A stretch of DNA of 64,000 nt from an uncultured Opitutaceae bacterium (GCA_903929355.1 CAIYUN010000041.1:10539-74538); one strand, 5' to 3'. Positions 53,465 to 63,013 are shown, counted from the first letter of the stretch. A program made the numbers and translations. The notes: generated by a model from the sequence alone, not told the origin.

Positions 53465-55805
53465 TCACGGCGCGGGCGCGCCCGCGCCGTCGTCGATTGT
53501 CAGCCGCGAAAAATCCAGGGTCGACTCCGACCCGGGCGGGCGGCGCAGCTCCAGCGTGTTTGCACCCGCCTGACAGGGCAGCGAGAGCTCAAAGTCGTGC
53601 GTGCCGGCCGTCGCAAACTCAAGCCGCTGGGCCGGCCCGCCGTTGAGGGAAAGCTCGATCCACCCCGCCGCCGTGGTGGTCCGCACCGTACCCGCAATCC
53701 GGGCGCGGCCCACCCAGCCGGGAAAAAATACCCGGGCGAGCTCCGCTCCCATCACCCGGTGGCTCACGGGCGCGCCGATGTCGATCGGCTCGTCCACCGT
53801 GAGCGGGAGGTTGGCATCGGCCGTCCAGCCCGCAAACGCCGGCAGTCGTCGCTCCCAGCCGAGCGCCTGCACCCGCGCCTCGGGGAGATACAGCCCGTCG
53901 CCGGCACCCGCTCCCACCAGCCGGTAGCGCGCGCCGTCCCCCAGCGTTTCGAACAGCGGGCAGGGTGCGCCGAGCTTGAGGACGATGAGGGCCCCGGGGT
54001 TGCGGATGGAATCGGTCGCCGGCGCGCCGTAAAAATGCACCCCGGGAATCTCAGCCTGCAGCCGTCGCATCAGCGGGTAGGCGATGTCGTGCAGGGCGAC
54101 GAACTCGACGTCGCTTACGCCCGCCACGCGCGCCAGCTCCGCCAGAGCCGTGTCGCGCGCGAGGAAGTCCGCATGGTAGCGGTAGTAATTGATGTCCCGC
54201 GGGGTCTCGAAGACCGTCGGCGAGGTCCAAATCGGACGGGCGGACGTCTCCCGGTCGGGCCACCACACCAGCAAACCCAGCGCCGCCGCGCCCCACGCGG
54301 CCGGGCCGCGCCACCGCCCCGGCAGCGCGCCGACCAGGCCGGCCGCGAGCAACGAGCCGGTGACAAAGCCGGGCAACTGGAGCCGCGCGCCCCACAACTG
54401 CCAGCGCACCGCCGCGCAATACAACAGGGCCATGGCCGCGACCACGGCGGCCAGCCAGCGCCAGTCACGCCCGCCCCGCCAGAGGCACGCCGCCAGCACG
54501 GAAGCCCCGATGAGCAGCAAGTGCCAAGGGGCACCGGCCACGGTCTCGGCGCGCGGCCACCACTCCACGGAAAACTTGAGGATCCACAACGTGCTGCGCG
54601 GGTCGTCGGCCGAAATTCCAAGCCAGCCGTGGGCCGCGCGCACCGCCCCGGCCAGCCCCGAGTTCCAGGCCGGCCAGGGCCCGGCGAAATGCGAGGCGGC
54701 GTCGCGGAGGGCGTTGGAGGCGATGATCGCCGGCGTGACGGCGGCATTGGCCTGTTCGCCGCCGTCCTCGGCATGCTGCACGCCCAGCGGATGGGTGGGA
54801 CCATACCAGGCGAGGTTGCGGGCGAAAAACGGGGCCGCCAGCAGCACCACCACCATTGCGGCCAGCGCACCGGCCCGGTTGGCCGCCCCCCCACCCCGCC
54901 GCCCGCCGCCACGCGAACCAGCCGGCCAGCAGCAACGGAGGCGCAAAAAGGAACGCCGTGCTCTTGGTGAGTAGTGCCAATGCGAGGGTGACGCCCACGA
55001 GGACCGAGTCACCCCGGGTTGGTGGCGCGGCGGCGGCCCGCGCACGCGCGACCTGCCAGAGCAGCAGCGCGAGCCAGAATGCGCCCTGCAGGTCGTTCTT
55101 GCCGTTGGACGCCTCGTGCCAAGCCATCGGCAGGCAGACGACCAGCCAGGCCGCCAGGGCCGCCGGAGCGCGTGCGAGACCGAGTGTACGCGCGGTCTGC
55201 CATCCCACCAAGGGCAACAGCGCATAGGCAAACCACTGCGGCAGATTCGCCCAATGGTCGCCTCCGGTGAGGGCGAGAAACTGCAGCCCGATGACCTCGG
55301 CCAGCGGCGGCATCAGCAACTGACGCTCACTGAGGGTTACAAAATGCTCCAGACTGCCCTGCTGCAGCCACATGAGCTGGCGCGGCAAATGATAGCTGAG
55401 CACATCCACGGTGACGGGCGGCGCGGCGACCGCGGTGACGAGCGTGAGCAGCAGCAGCACGCCGATGGCGGCGGCCACGGACCACTCGAAAAGGCGGGCG
55501 GGACAACTGGAATCCGACTCGGAAGGCGTGTTTGAGTCAACCCGCCCCACCATCGTGCGCCAGGCGCGCAGGCCCCAGGTGATGGCCGCCACTGCGAGCA
55601 CCAGCCAGGCGGCGCGGAGCGGCGCGGGCCGGAGCGCGCCAAAGAGCCCCAGCACGTTGGCCAGCACCCACACGCCCGCCGCCCAAAAGATCGCCGCGCG
55701 CAGCAACGCTCCGGACCAGCCATCGCCCCGGGCGCGCCGTCCGGTGGCCAGCCCGCCAAAGGCCAAGAGCGGCAGGACGCCCCAAAGTTCGCCGAGCAGG
55801 GTCAT
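53465..55805 (-). pseudogene. GT-C (PMT_2/ArnT-like) membrane glycosyltransferase with C-terminal periplasmic domain, interrupted by a frameshift at a C7/G7 run
   Basis: ORF 54465..55967(-) carries the sensible N-terminal part (Met 55805; VDVLSYHLPR, LLTKSTAFLFAPPLLLAGW). ORF 53465..55231(-) carries the sensible C-terminal part (ALAAMVVVLLAAPFFARNLAWYG...). The sense switches at 54886..54892. Confidence 0.75.
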
Positions 55806-55940
55806 AGTTTCGCCTGCCACCAGACACGCGCGCGGCGCGCGCGGCGAGCCGAAAGGCCGGATGGCAATGACCCTCTGGTTCCGACTTCGCGTTCTCCGCG
55901 ACCTTCCTGTTAGAACCTCCGTTTCAGTTTCCGCCTGATT

Positions 55941-55977
55941 GATCCATCCGTGGTTATCCGTGTCCATCCGTGGTTAA
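55941..55977. repeat. CACGGAT word repeat (inverted orientation) in the divergent promoter region of the GT-C gene and the aminosugar operon
   Basis: GATCCATCCGTGGTTATCCGTGTCCATCCGTGGTTAA. Confidence 0.7.
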
Positions 55978-56074
55978 TACCTCCGTCCGTTGCCTCCGTT
56001 ACCTCCTGTTCAAGTTTTCTTCCGTCATGGTTTCACGCTCGACAGGGCGGCGGCGTGGCGGCGAGGCTGGCCCC

Positions 56075-57106
56075 ATGAGCGACTCCCCTTCCGTGGTCCG
56101 CATCGGCGTGATCGGCTTCGGCCAGTGGGGGCCCAACCACGTCCGCAACTTCGGCCTGTTCGAGGGCTGCGAGGTGCGCCGGATCTGCGACTCTTCGGAC
56201 GCGCGCCTCGCCGCGGCGCGGAAGTTCGCGCGGGGCGTCAGCGTCACCAAGAATCCCGCCGACATCACCGAGGCGGATGACATTGACGCCGTCGTTGTCG
56301 CCACGCCGACCGGCACCCACCACGCGCTCGTGCGGGCCGCGCTCCTGGCCGGCAAGGATGTGCTCTGCGAAAAGCCCCTGGCGCGCACCGCCGCCGAGTG
56401 CCGCGAGCTGGCTGCGCTCGCGGCCCAGCACCGGCGCGTGCTCATGGTCGGCCATGTGTTCCTCTACAACCCCGCCGTGCTCCACCTGAAGACCGACCTC
56501 GATCGCGGCGAGCTGGGCCGCATCTATTACATGGACGCGGTGCGGACCAACCTTGGCCCCGTGCGGTCCGATGTCGGCGCGATCTACGACCTCGCGAGCC
56601 ATGACATCTCCATCTTCAACTTCCTGCTCGGGGCGGAGCCGCTGGAGGTGTCCGCCACCGGCAGCAGCGTGCTGCAAAAAGGGATCGAGGACGTCGGTTT
56701 CCTCACGCTTCATTACCCGGGCAACATCGTGTGCCATGCGCACATTTCCTGGCTGAACCCGCGCAAGGTCCGCCAACTGACCATCGTGGGCGACCACAAG
56801 ATGGCGGTCTGGGACGACATGAACAACCTGGAGCCGATCCGCCACTACGACAAGGGCGTGACCGCCGACCATTACTCCTCGTTCGGCGAGTTTCACATGA
56901 TCCTGCGCGACGGCCAGATCACAATCCCGAAGGTGAAAATGTCCGAGCCGCTGCAGCAGCAGGACGCCGACTTTGTTGACTGCGTCCGCACCCGCCGCAC
57001 GCCGGTGTCGGATGCCCGCCGCGGGCTCGCCGTCGTGCTGGCACTGGAGGCCGCCTTGGAGTCGCTGCACCACCACGGCCGCACCACCCGGGTGGCGAAC
57101 CCATGA
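56075..57106 (+). CDS. Gfo/Idh/MocA sugar-nucleotide oxidoreductase (WbpB/GnnA-like)
   Basis: ORF 55970..57106(+), Met at 56075. VRIGVIGFGQWGPNH Rossmann motif, EKPLA motif. First gene of a coupled operon. Confidence 0.8.
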   Translation: MSDSPSVVRIGVIGFGQWGPNHVRNFGLFEGCEVRRICDSSDARLAAARKFARGVSVTKNPADITEADDIDAVVVATPTGTHHALVRAALLAGKDVLCEKPLARTAAECRELAALAAQHRRVLMVGHVFLYNPAVLHLKTDLDRGELGRIYYMDAVRTNLGPVRSDVGAIYDLASHDISIFNFLLGAEPLEVSATGSSVLQKGIEDVGFLTLHYPGNIVCHAHISWLNPRKVRQLTIVGDHKMAVWDDMNNLEPIRHYDKGVTADHYSSFGEFHMILRDGQITIPKVKMSEPLQQQDADFVDCVRTRRTPVSDARRGLAVVLALEAALESLHHHGRTTRVANP

Positions 57107-57834
57107 GCGGGACCGCGCCGTGTCCGCTCACGGTGGTCGTGCCCGCCTTCAACGAGGAGGCGCTGCTCGCCGGGACCGTGCTCGGCCTGCGCGAGGCGCT
57201 CACCGCCCTTGGTCTGGCCGCTGAGATTGTGATCGTGAACGACGGCAGCCGCGACGGCACGGGCGCGATCGCCGACGGGCTCGCCGCCCGGGACGCCGCG
57301 CTCACCGTCTGCCACCAGCCAAACCAGGGGCTCGGCGGCGCGCTCCGCACCGGCTTTGGCCGCGCCCGCGGCGAATACGTCCTCACCTGGCCGGCCGACA
57401 TGCCCGCCACCCGCGCGGACCTGGCGCCGTTCGTGGCCAAGCTCGGGGCGGCCGATGTGCTCGTGGGTGTGCGCGCCCGGCGCGCCGGCTACAACCCCCT
57501 CATGCGGTTCAACTCGTGGCTCTACCCCCACCTCGTGATCGCGCTCTTTGGGCTGCGCCTGCGCGATGTGAACTGGATCCAGGTCTACCGCACGGCGCTG
57601 ATCCGGCGGGTGACGCTCACCCAGCGCGGCATCCCGATGCTGGTCGAGACGCTGGTGCGCCTGCGCGACCTCGGCGCGAAGTTTGCGGAGGTGCCCTGCG
57701 AGATGCAGCCCCGGGCCGCAGGCATAGCGTCGGCCTCGCGGCTCAAAATCATGTGGCGAACTTTGCGCGGCCTGCTGCAATTCTGGTGGCAATGGCGGCG
57801 TGACCGCCCGCAAACTCCCGCCGCGCATGGCTGA
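57103..57834 (+). CDS. GT2 polyprenyl-phosphate glycosyltransferase-like (DPM1/ArnC-type catalytic domain, no TM tail)
   Basis: ATGA overlap with the upstream stop. LTVVVPAFNEEALL...IVNDGSRDGT...PADM motifs. Confidence 0.75.
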   Translation: MSGTAPCPLTVVVPAFNEEALLAGTVLGLREALTALGLAAEIVIVNDGSRDGTGAIADGLAARDAALTVCHQPNQGLGGALRTGFGRARGEYVLTWPADMPATRADLAPFVAKLGAADVLVGVRARRAGYNPLMRFNSWLYPHLVIALFGLRLRDVNWIQVYRTALIRRVTLTQRGIPMLVETLVRLRDLGAKFAEVPCEMQPRAAGIASASRLKIMWRTLRGLLQFWWQWRRDRPQTPAAHG

Positions 57835-58831
57835 ACCCATCCTCTCTCCCTCCGCCCTGATCGCACCCGACGCCACGGTGCGGTCCGGCGCCGTCGTCGG
57901 GGCCAATGTCCGCATCGGCCCACGATCGGTGATCGGTCACGGGGTGGTGTTGCACGAGGACACGGTGGTCGGCGCGGACGTGACGGTGTTCGACCACGCG
58001 GTGCTGGGCCGCCGGCCGCTGGGGGTCGGCAGCATGACGCGGCCGCCGCGCACCGACCTGGGGCCGCTGCGACTCGGCGACGGCTGCGTGGTGGGCGCAG
58101 GCGCGGTGCTGTACCGCGGCACCACCATCGGGCGCGAGACGCTGCTCGGCGACCTGTGCTCGATCCGCGAGGAATGCGTGGTCGGCGACCGGTGCATCAT
58201 CGCGCGCGGCGTCACGGTGAATTACGCGACCCGGATCGGCCACCGCGTGAAGATTCAGGACAACACCCACCTGACCGGCAACATGGTCATCGAGGACGGG
58301 GTGTTCGTGAGCGTGCTCGTCGCGACCACCAACGACAACAGCATGGACCGAGGCCCGCACGACCCGGCGAAATTGGGCGGCCCGGTGATCCGGCGCGGCG
58401 CGAGCGTCGGCGCGGGCGCCGTCCTGCTGCCGGGCATCACCATCGGCGAATATGCGGTCGTCGGCGCGGGCGCGGTCGTCAGCCAAGACGTGCCGCCGCG
58501 CCAACTGGTGGCGGGCAACCCCGCCCGGGTGGTTAAGGCCGTGCCAGCCGAATGGCTGCCGAAGGAAGCGGCCCCACCCGCCGCACTCCCACCCAGCCTG
58601 GACCTGCCGGAGTTCATCGAGGCCTTCGCCTGGGAGCTGCAGATCGCCCCCGGCCCGCTCACCGCCGCCACCCGCCTCGCCGACATCCCGCGCTTCGACT
58701 CGATGGGCCGGCTCGCGTTCATGGCCATGATCGACACCCGGCTCGGCCTGGTCCTCGACGCCGACGCGCTCGACGGCTGCGCCACCCTGGGCGACCTGCA
58801 TGATTTGGTGACCAAGACCGGCGGCGGCTGA
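57827..58831 (+). CDS. left-handed beta-helix (hexapeptide) acyltransferase fused to a C-terminal acyl-carrier-protein-like domain
   Basis: ORF 57800..58831(+). The ATG at 57827 overlaps the GT2 stop. Hexapeptide repeats run through aa ~20-245. The C-terminal ~75 aa contain IPRFDSMGRLAFMAMIDTRLGLVLD, a DSx phosphopantetheine-type motif with Ser codon at 58700..58702. Confidence 0.7.
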   Translation: MAEPILSPSALIAPDATVRSGAVVGANVRIGPRSVIGHGVVLHEDTVVGADVTVFDHAVLGRRPLGVGSMTRPPRTDLGPLRLGDGCVVGAGAVLYRGTTIGRETLLGDLCSIREECVVGDRCIIARGVTVNYATRIGHRVKIQDNTHLTGNMVIEDGVFVSVLVATTNDNSMDRGPHDPAKLGGPVIRRGASVGAGAVLLPGITIGEYAVVGAGAVVSQDVPPRQLVAGNPARVVKAVPAEWLPKEAAPPAALPPSLDLPEFIEAFAWELQIAPGPLTAATRLADIPRFDSMGRLAFMAMIDTRLGLVLDADALDGCATLGDLHDLVTKTGGG

Positions 58832-58847
58832 GGGCAGGGCGCCTCCC

Positions 58848-59882
58848 ATGAGCACCGACCGCCGGGCCACGATCGCCGCCATCCGCAGCCAGCTGCCCGC
58901 GCGGGTCGTCACCAACGCGGAGCTGGCGCCCGACGTGGGCTGGAGCGCGGAGGAGATTTTTGCCAAGACCGGCATCGCCCGGCGCCATGTCGCCGGGCCC
59001 GACGAATGCGTCTCCGACCTCGCGACGGCCGCCGCCGAGAAGTTGTTGCGCGACACCGGCACCGATCGCGCGCGGGTGGATTTTCTCATCCTCTGCACGC
59101 AGACGCCCGACCACCTGCTGCCGGCCACGGCCTGCCTCGTCCACGCCCGCCTCGGGCTGGGCTCGTCGTGCGCGGCCTTTGACCTCAACCAAGGCTGCTC
59201 CGGCTACCTTTACGCACTGGGAGTGGCCAGCGCGCTCATCCGCAGCGGCATGGCGACCCAGGGGCTCGTGCTCACCGGCGACACCTACACCAAGTTCATC
59301 AACCGACAGGACCGCTCGGTGCGCACGCTGTTCGGCGACGCCGCCACCGCCACGCTGGTGCGCGCGACCGACGGGCCCGGACTCGACCATTTCGTGCTCG
59401 GCACCGACGGCGCCGGCGCGCGCAACCTCATCATCCCCGCCGGCGGCACGCGGCTGCCTCGGAGCGCCGCGACCGCTCAAACCACGACTGACGCCTCCGG
59501 CAACACCCGCTCGTCGGACGACCTGCTGATGAACGGAACCCAGATCTTCAATTTCACGCTCCAACGGGTGCCCGGGCTGGTCGCCGGGGTCCTCGCGGCC
59601 GCCGGCCGCCGGCCGGAGGAGATCGACTGGTTCGTCTTTCACCAGGCCAACCGCTTTATGTTGGACCACCTGCGGCAGAAGCTCGGCGTGCCGCCCGAAA
59701 AGATGGTCTGGTTTCTGGAAAACACCGGCAACACGGTGTCTTCCACCATCCCGCTCGCGCTGGAACACGCGGCCGCCGGGGGAAAATTCTCTCCTGGCCA
59801 GCGCGTGCTCCTCGCCGGCTTCGGGGTCGGTTACTCCTGGGGTGGCGCGCTGCTCGAATGGCCCGCAGACTATCTGCCATGA
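58848..59882 (+). CDS. 3-oxoacyl-ACP synthase III (FabH-like KAS III)
   Basis: Catalytic triad contexts [16 protein letters not shown] and [12 protein letters not shown]; FabH length. Confidence 0.85.
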   Translation: MSTDRRATIAAIRSQLPARVVTNAELAPDVGWSAEEIFAKTGIARRHVAGPDECVSDLATAAAEKLLRDTGTDRARVDFLILCTQTPDHLLPATACLVHARLGLGSSCAAFDLNQGCSGYLYALGVASALIRSGMATQGLVLTGDTYTKFINRQDRSVRTLFGDAATATLVRATDGPGLDHFVLGTDGAGARNLIIPAGGTRLPRSAATAQTTTDASGNTRSSDDLLMNGTQIFNFTLQRVPGLVAGVLAAAGRRPEEIDWFVFHQANRFMLDHLRQKLGVPPEKMVWFLENTGNTVSSTIPLALEHAAAGGKFSPGQRVLLAGFGVGYSWGGALLEWPADYLP

Positions 59883-61003
59883 ATCTCCGCGTTCCCTTCC
59901 AAGACCTGCCACTCCAGACGCGCGGCCTGCGCGCCGAGCTCGACCCGGCCATCGGCGCGGTGCTCGAGCACTGCCAGTTCATCCACGGGCCCGAGTGCGC
60001 GGCGTTTGAGGGGGAGTTCGCCGCCTTCGTCGGCTCCGCCCACGCGGTGGGCCTCGGCTCGGGGACTGACGCGCTCGAGTTCATCCTGCGCGGGCTGGGC
60101 CTCGGGGCGGGCGACGAGGTCATCACGGTGGCCAACAGCTTCATCGCCTCCGCCGAGGCGATCTCCCACGCCGGCGCCACGCCGGTGCTGGTGGACTGCG
60201 GGCCCGACGACTATCTGATTGATCCCGCCGCCGTCGCCGCGGCGATCACCCCGCGCACGAAGGCGGTGCTGCCGGTGCATCTCTATGGGCAGCCGGCCAA
60301 TATTGAGGCCATCGCACCCCTCTGCGAAAAGCACGGGCTCGCGCTGATTGAGGACGCGGCGCAGGCCCATGGCGCGACGCTGGCCGACGGCCGGGCCTGC
60401 GGGACGCTCGGGGTCGCGGCGGGCTTCAGCTTTTATCCTGGCAAAAACCTGGGCGCGTTTGGCGATGGCGGGGCGGTGACGACCAACGACCCTGCGCTCG
60501 CGCACCGGCTCCGCCTGCTGCGCAACTGGGGCTCGGTGGTGAAATACCACCACGAGATCCCCGGCTACAACTCGCGCCTCGACACCCTCCAGGCGGCGGT
60601 GCTGCGGGTGAAGCTGCGCCACCTCGCCGGATGGAACGACGCCCGCCAAACTGCGGCCGGCTGGTATGGCGAGGAGCTGCGCGACTGTCCCGGGCTCGAG
60701 CTGCCCGTCGTGATGCCGTGGTGCGGCCGGCACGCCTGGCACCTTTATGTCGTGCGGATCAAAGACCGCGACCGCGACGCCATGGCGCGCCAACTGCTCG
60801 AGGCCGGCGTGCAGACCGTCGTGCACTACCCGGTCCCGATCCACCTGCAGCCGGCCTACGCGAGCCTCGGCCACCGGCCGGGGGCGTTCCCCAACGCCGA
60901 ACGCGCCGCGCGGTCGGTGCTCTCGCTGCCCATGTTCCCGGAGATCACACGCGAGCAGGTCGCGCATGTGGCCGCGAGCCTGAGGAAGATTCTCGAGGGG
61001 TGA
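59879..61003 (+). CDS. DegT/DnrJ/EryC1/StrS sugar aminotransferase (WbpE/GnnB/ArnB-like)
   Basis: ORF 59858..61003(+). The ATG at 59879 overlaps the KAS III stop (ATGA). [23 protein letters not shown]-lysine motif. Confidence 0.85.
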   Translation: MNLRVPFQDLPLQTRGLRAELDPAIGAVLEHCQFIHGPECAAFEGEFAAFVGSAHAVGLGSGTDALEFILRGLGLGAGDEVITVANSFIASAEAISHAGATPVLVDCGPDDYLIDPAAVAAAITPRTKAVLPVHLYGQPANIEAIAPLCEKHGLALIEDAAQAHGATLADGRACGTLGVAAGFSFYPGKNLGAFGDGGAVTTNDPALAHRLRLLRNWGSVVKYHHEIPGYNSRLDTLQAAVLRVKLRHLAGWNDARQTAAGWYGEELRDCPGLELPVVMPWCGRHAWHLYVVRIKDRDRDAMARQLLEAGVQTVVHYPVPIHLQPAYASLGHRPGAFPNAERAARSVLSLPMFPEITREQVAHVAASLRKILEG

Positions 61004-61008
61004 TCACC

Positions 61009-61815
61009 ATGGCGCAGAGCGATCCAGAAAAGCCTTCATCGGACGGATCGGACCGATCCGTCGGATCCGACCGATTGTCCCCGACGCAACCCCGGCGACT
61101 GCGGCCCAGCGGAGGTTATCGCAACCTGCGCAGCTACCAGGTGGCCACGGTGGTTTACGATGCCACGGTGTCGTTCTGCGACCGCTTCGTGGACAAGCGC
61201 AGCCGCACGCATGACCAGATGGTGCAGGCGGCGCGCAGCGGTGGCAAGAATATCGCCGAGGGCAGCCGGGCCGCCGCCACCACCAGCCAGACCGAGTTGC
61301 GGCTGGTCAACGTGGCACGGGCCAGCCTCGAGGAACTGCTGCTGGATTATGAGGATTACCTGCGGCAGCACCGCCAGCGCCAGTGGCACAAGGACGACCC
61401 CGAGGCGCGCGCGGTGCGGGCCGTGGGGCAACCGGGGGCAAGTGATCCGACCGCACAGAGCGATCCCGGCAGACACTGGAAAATCTACGCGCGCTGGCTT
61501 GAGCACACCGACCCGGCGGTGGTGACCAACACGCTGATCTGCCTGATCCACCAGACCAACTACCTGCTCGACCAGCAGATCAGCGCGTTGGAGCGCGATT
61601 TTGTGCAGGCGGGAGGCTACAGCGAGCAGCTGGCGGCCGCGCGCATGGCGGAGCGGCAGAAGCCACCATCGCGACCGACCACACCCGCAGCGCCCAACTG
61701 CCCGCGCTGCGCCAAGCCGATGGCCTTGCGCACCGCCCGCACGGGTGCGCAGGCCGGCTCACAGTTTTGGGGTTGTTCGGGCTACCCCGCGTGCAAGGGC
61801 ACGCGGGCCCTTTAG
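61009..61815 (+). CDS. four-helix-bundle (23S rRNA IVS protein-like) protein with suffix domain and C-terminal topoisomerase-type C4 zinc finger
   Basis: In-frame Met at 61009 of ORF 60631..61815. YRNLRSYQVATVVYDATVSFCDRF...MVQAARSGGKNIAEGS...LRLVNVARASLEELLLDYEDYL; C-terminus CPRCAKPM...FWGCSGYPACKG. Confidence 0.75.
   Translation: MAQSDPEKPSSDGSDRSVGSDRLSPTQPRRLRPSGGYRNLRSYQVATVVYDATVSFCDRFVDKRSRTHDQMVQAARSGGKNIAEGSRAAATTSQTELRLVNVARASLEELLLDYEDYLRQHRQRQWHKDDPEARAVRAVGQPGASDPTAQSDPGRHWKIYARWLEHTDPAVVTNTLICLIHQTNYLLDQQISALERDFVQAGGYSEQLAAARMAERQKPPSRPTTPAAPNCPRCAKPMALRTARTGAQAGSQFWGCSGYPACKGTRAL
61037..61077. repeat. GATCCGA word repeat (inside the 5' coding region of the four-helix-bundle gene)
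   Basis: CATCGGACGGATCGGACCGATCCGTCGGATCCGACCGATTG. Shares a 21-nt perfect core GACCGATCCGTCGGATCCGAC with 61822..61875. Confidence 0.75.
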
Positions 61816-61821
61816 CCGCAG

Positions 61822-61875
61822 GTTTGATCCGACTGATCCGACCGATCCGTCGGATCCGACTGATCGACCGTCCGC
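61822..61875. repeat. GATCCGA word repeat just after the four-helix-bundle gene
   Basis: GTTTGATCCGACTGATCCGACCGATCCGTCGGATCCGACTGATCGACCGTCCG. Confidence 0.75.
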
Positions 61876-61937
61876 CCGAGAAAAACCCTCGCCGGCCCGC
61901 CGACCACGCCCATCCTAGGCCCACCCACCGCAGCCCC

Positions 61938-62915
61938 ATGCTCACCCTGCTCTTTCCCCCCCCCACCCGCCTGCTCGCGACTGCCGCCGCGCTGCTGCTC
62001 AGCCTCGCTCCCGCGCGCGCCGCGGATTATCTTTTCAGCTACTTCACCAATAACGGCGAGGACGGCCTGCACCTCGCCTGGAGCACCGACGGCTACACCT
62101 GGGCGGCCCTCAACGGCGGCAAAAGCTTTCTCGCCCCCAAGGTCGGCAAGGAAAAGCTCATGCGCGACCCCTGCCTGCTCCTCGGCCCCGACGGCACGTT
62201 CCGCATGGTCTGGACCGACTCCTGGTCCGACAAATCCATCGGTTACGCCTCCTCGAAGGATCTCCTCACCTGGTCGGAACAGACCGCCGTGCCGGTGATG
62301 GCCACCGAGCCCACCGCGCGCAACTGCTGGGCGCCCGAGGTGGACTACGACGCGAAGCAGGGGGACTACGTCATCTTCTGGGCAACCACCATCACCGGCA
62401 AATTTCCGGAAACCGCCACGCCGGAGGACCAAGCGCACGAGAGCGGCTACAACCACCGGATCTACCGCACCACGACCAGGGACTTCGCGACCTTCACCCC
62501 GACGCAGCTCTTTTATGAGCCGGGGTTCAACGTCATCGATGCCACCATGCTCGCGGCCAACGACCGGTTTTGGCTCATCGTCAAGGACGAGACGATCACG
62601 CCGGTGCCAAAGAAAAACCTGCGACTCGCCTCCAGCGACAGCCCGGAGGGGCCGTTCACCAACCTGTCCGCCCCGTTCAGCCCCGCCGGCGTCTGGGCCG
62701 AGGGGCCGACCGCGCTCAAGGTGGGCGACGACTATGTGGTCTATTACGACATGTACCGGGACCATAAATATGGCGCCGTGCGCTCGCGCGACCTGAAGGC
62801 TTGGGAGGACGTGAGCGCCAGGCTGCACTTCCCCGCCGGCATGCGCCACGGCACCGCACTCGCCGTGCCGCATGCGGTGGTGGAGAAGCTGCAGGCTCTG
62901 CCGGGGAAAAGCTGA
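61938..62915 (+). CDS. glycoside hydrolase family 43-like protein (secreted)
   Basis: ORF 61767..62915(+), Met at 61938 with signal peptide. YLFSYFTNNGEDGLHLAWSTDGYTW...LMRDPCLLLGPDGTFRMVWT. Confidence 0.7.
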   Translation: MLTLLFPPPTRLLATAAALLLSLAPARAADYLFSYFTNNGEDGLHLAWSTDGYTWAALNGGKSFLAPKVGKEKLMRDPCLLLGPDGTFRMVWTDSWSDKSIGYASSKDLLTWSEQTAVPVMATEPTARNCWAPEVDYDAKQGDYVIFWATTITGKFPETATPEDQAHESGYNHRIYRTTTRDFATFTPTQLFYEPGFNVIDATMLAANDRFWLIVKDETITPVPKKNLRLASSDSPEGPFTNLSAPFSPAGVWAEGPTALKVGDDYVVYYDMYRDHKYGAVRSRDLKAWEDVSARLHFPAGMRHGTALAVPHAVVEKLQALPGKS

Positions 62916-62917
62916 AG

Positions 62918-62960
62918 TCCGTTCCGACCGATCCATCTGACCCGTCCGATCCGGCTGATG
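62918..62960. repeat. GATCCGA word repeat after the GH43 gene
   Basis: GTCCGTTCCGACCGATCCATCTGACCCGTCCGATCCGGCTGATG. Confidence 0.65.
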
Positions 62961-63013
62961 TCACGCGCCCGCCCGCGCTTGCCGTGGCCCGGTCGGGGTG
63001 TTTTGGTCGGCCC

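Noticed and set aside
53465-55967. Two separate overlapping genes (53465..55231 and 54465..55967).
   Set aside because: Each ORF is protein-like over only one part, and the sensible parts abut at the C7 run. A single frameshifted GT-C gene explains the data better.
60631-61008. N-terminal 126 codons of the 394-aa ORF 60631..61815.
   Set aside because: This part is an out-of-frame overlap with the 3' end of the aminotransferase gene. The four-helix-bundle protein most plausibly starts at the Met at 61009.
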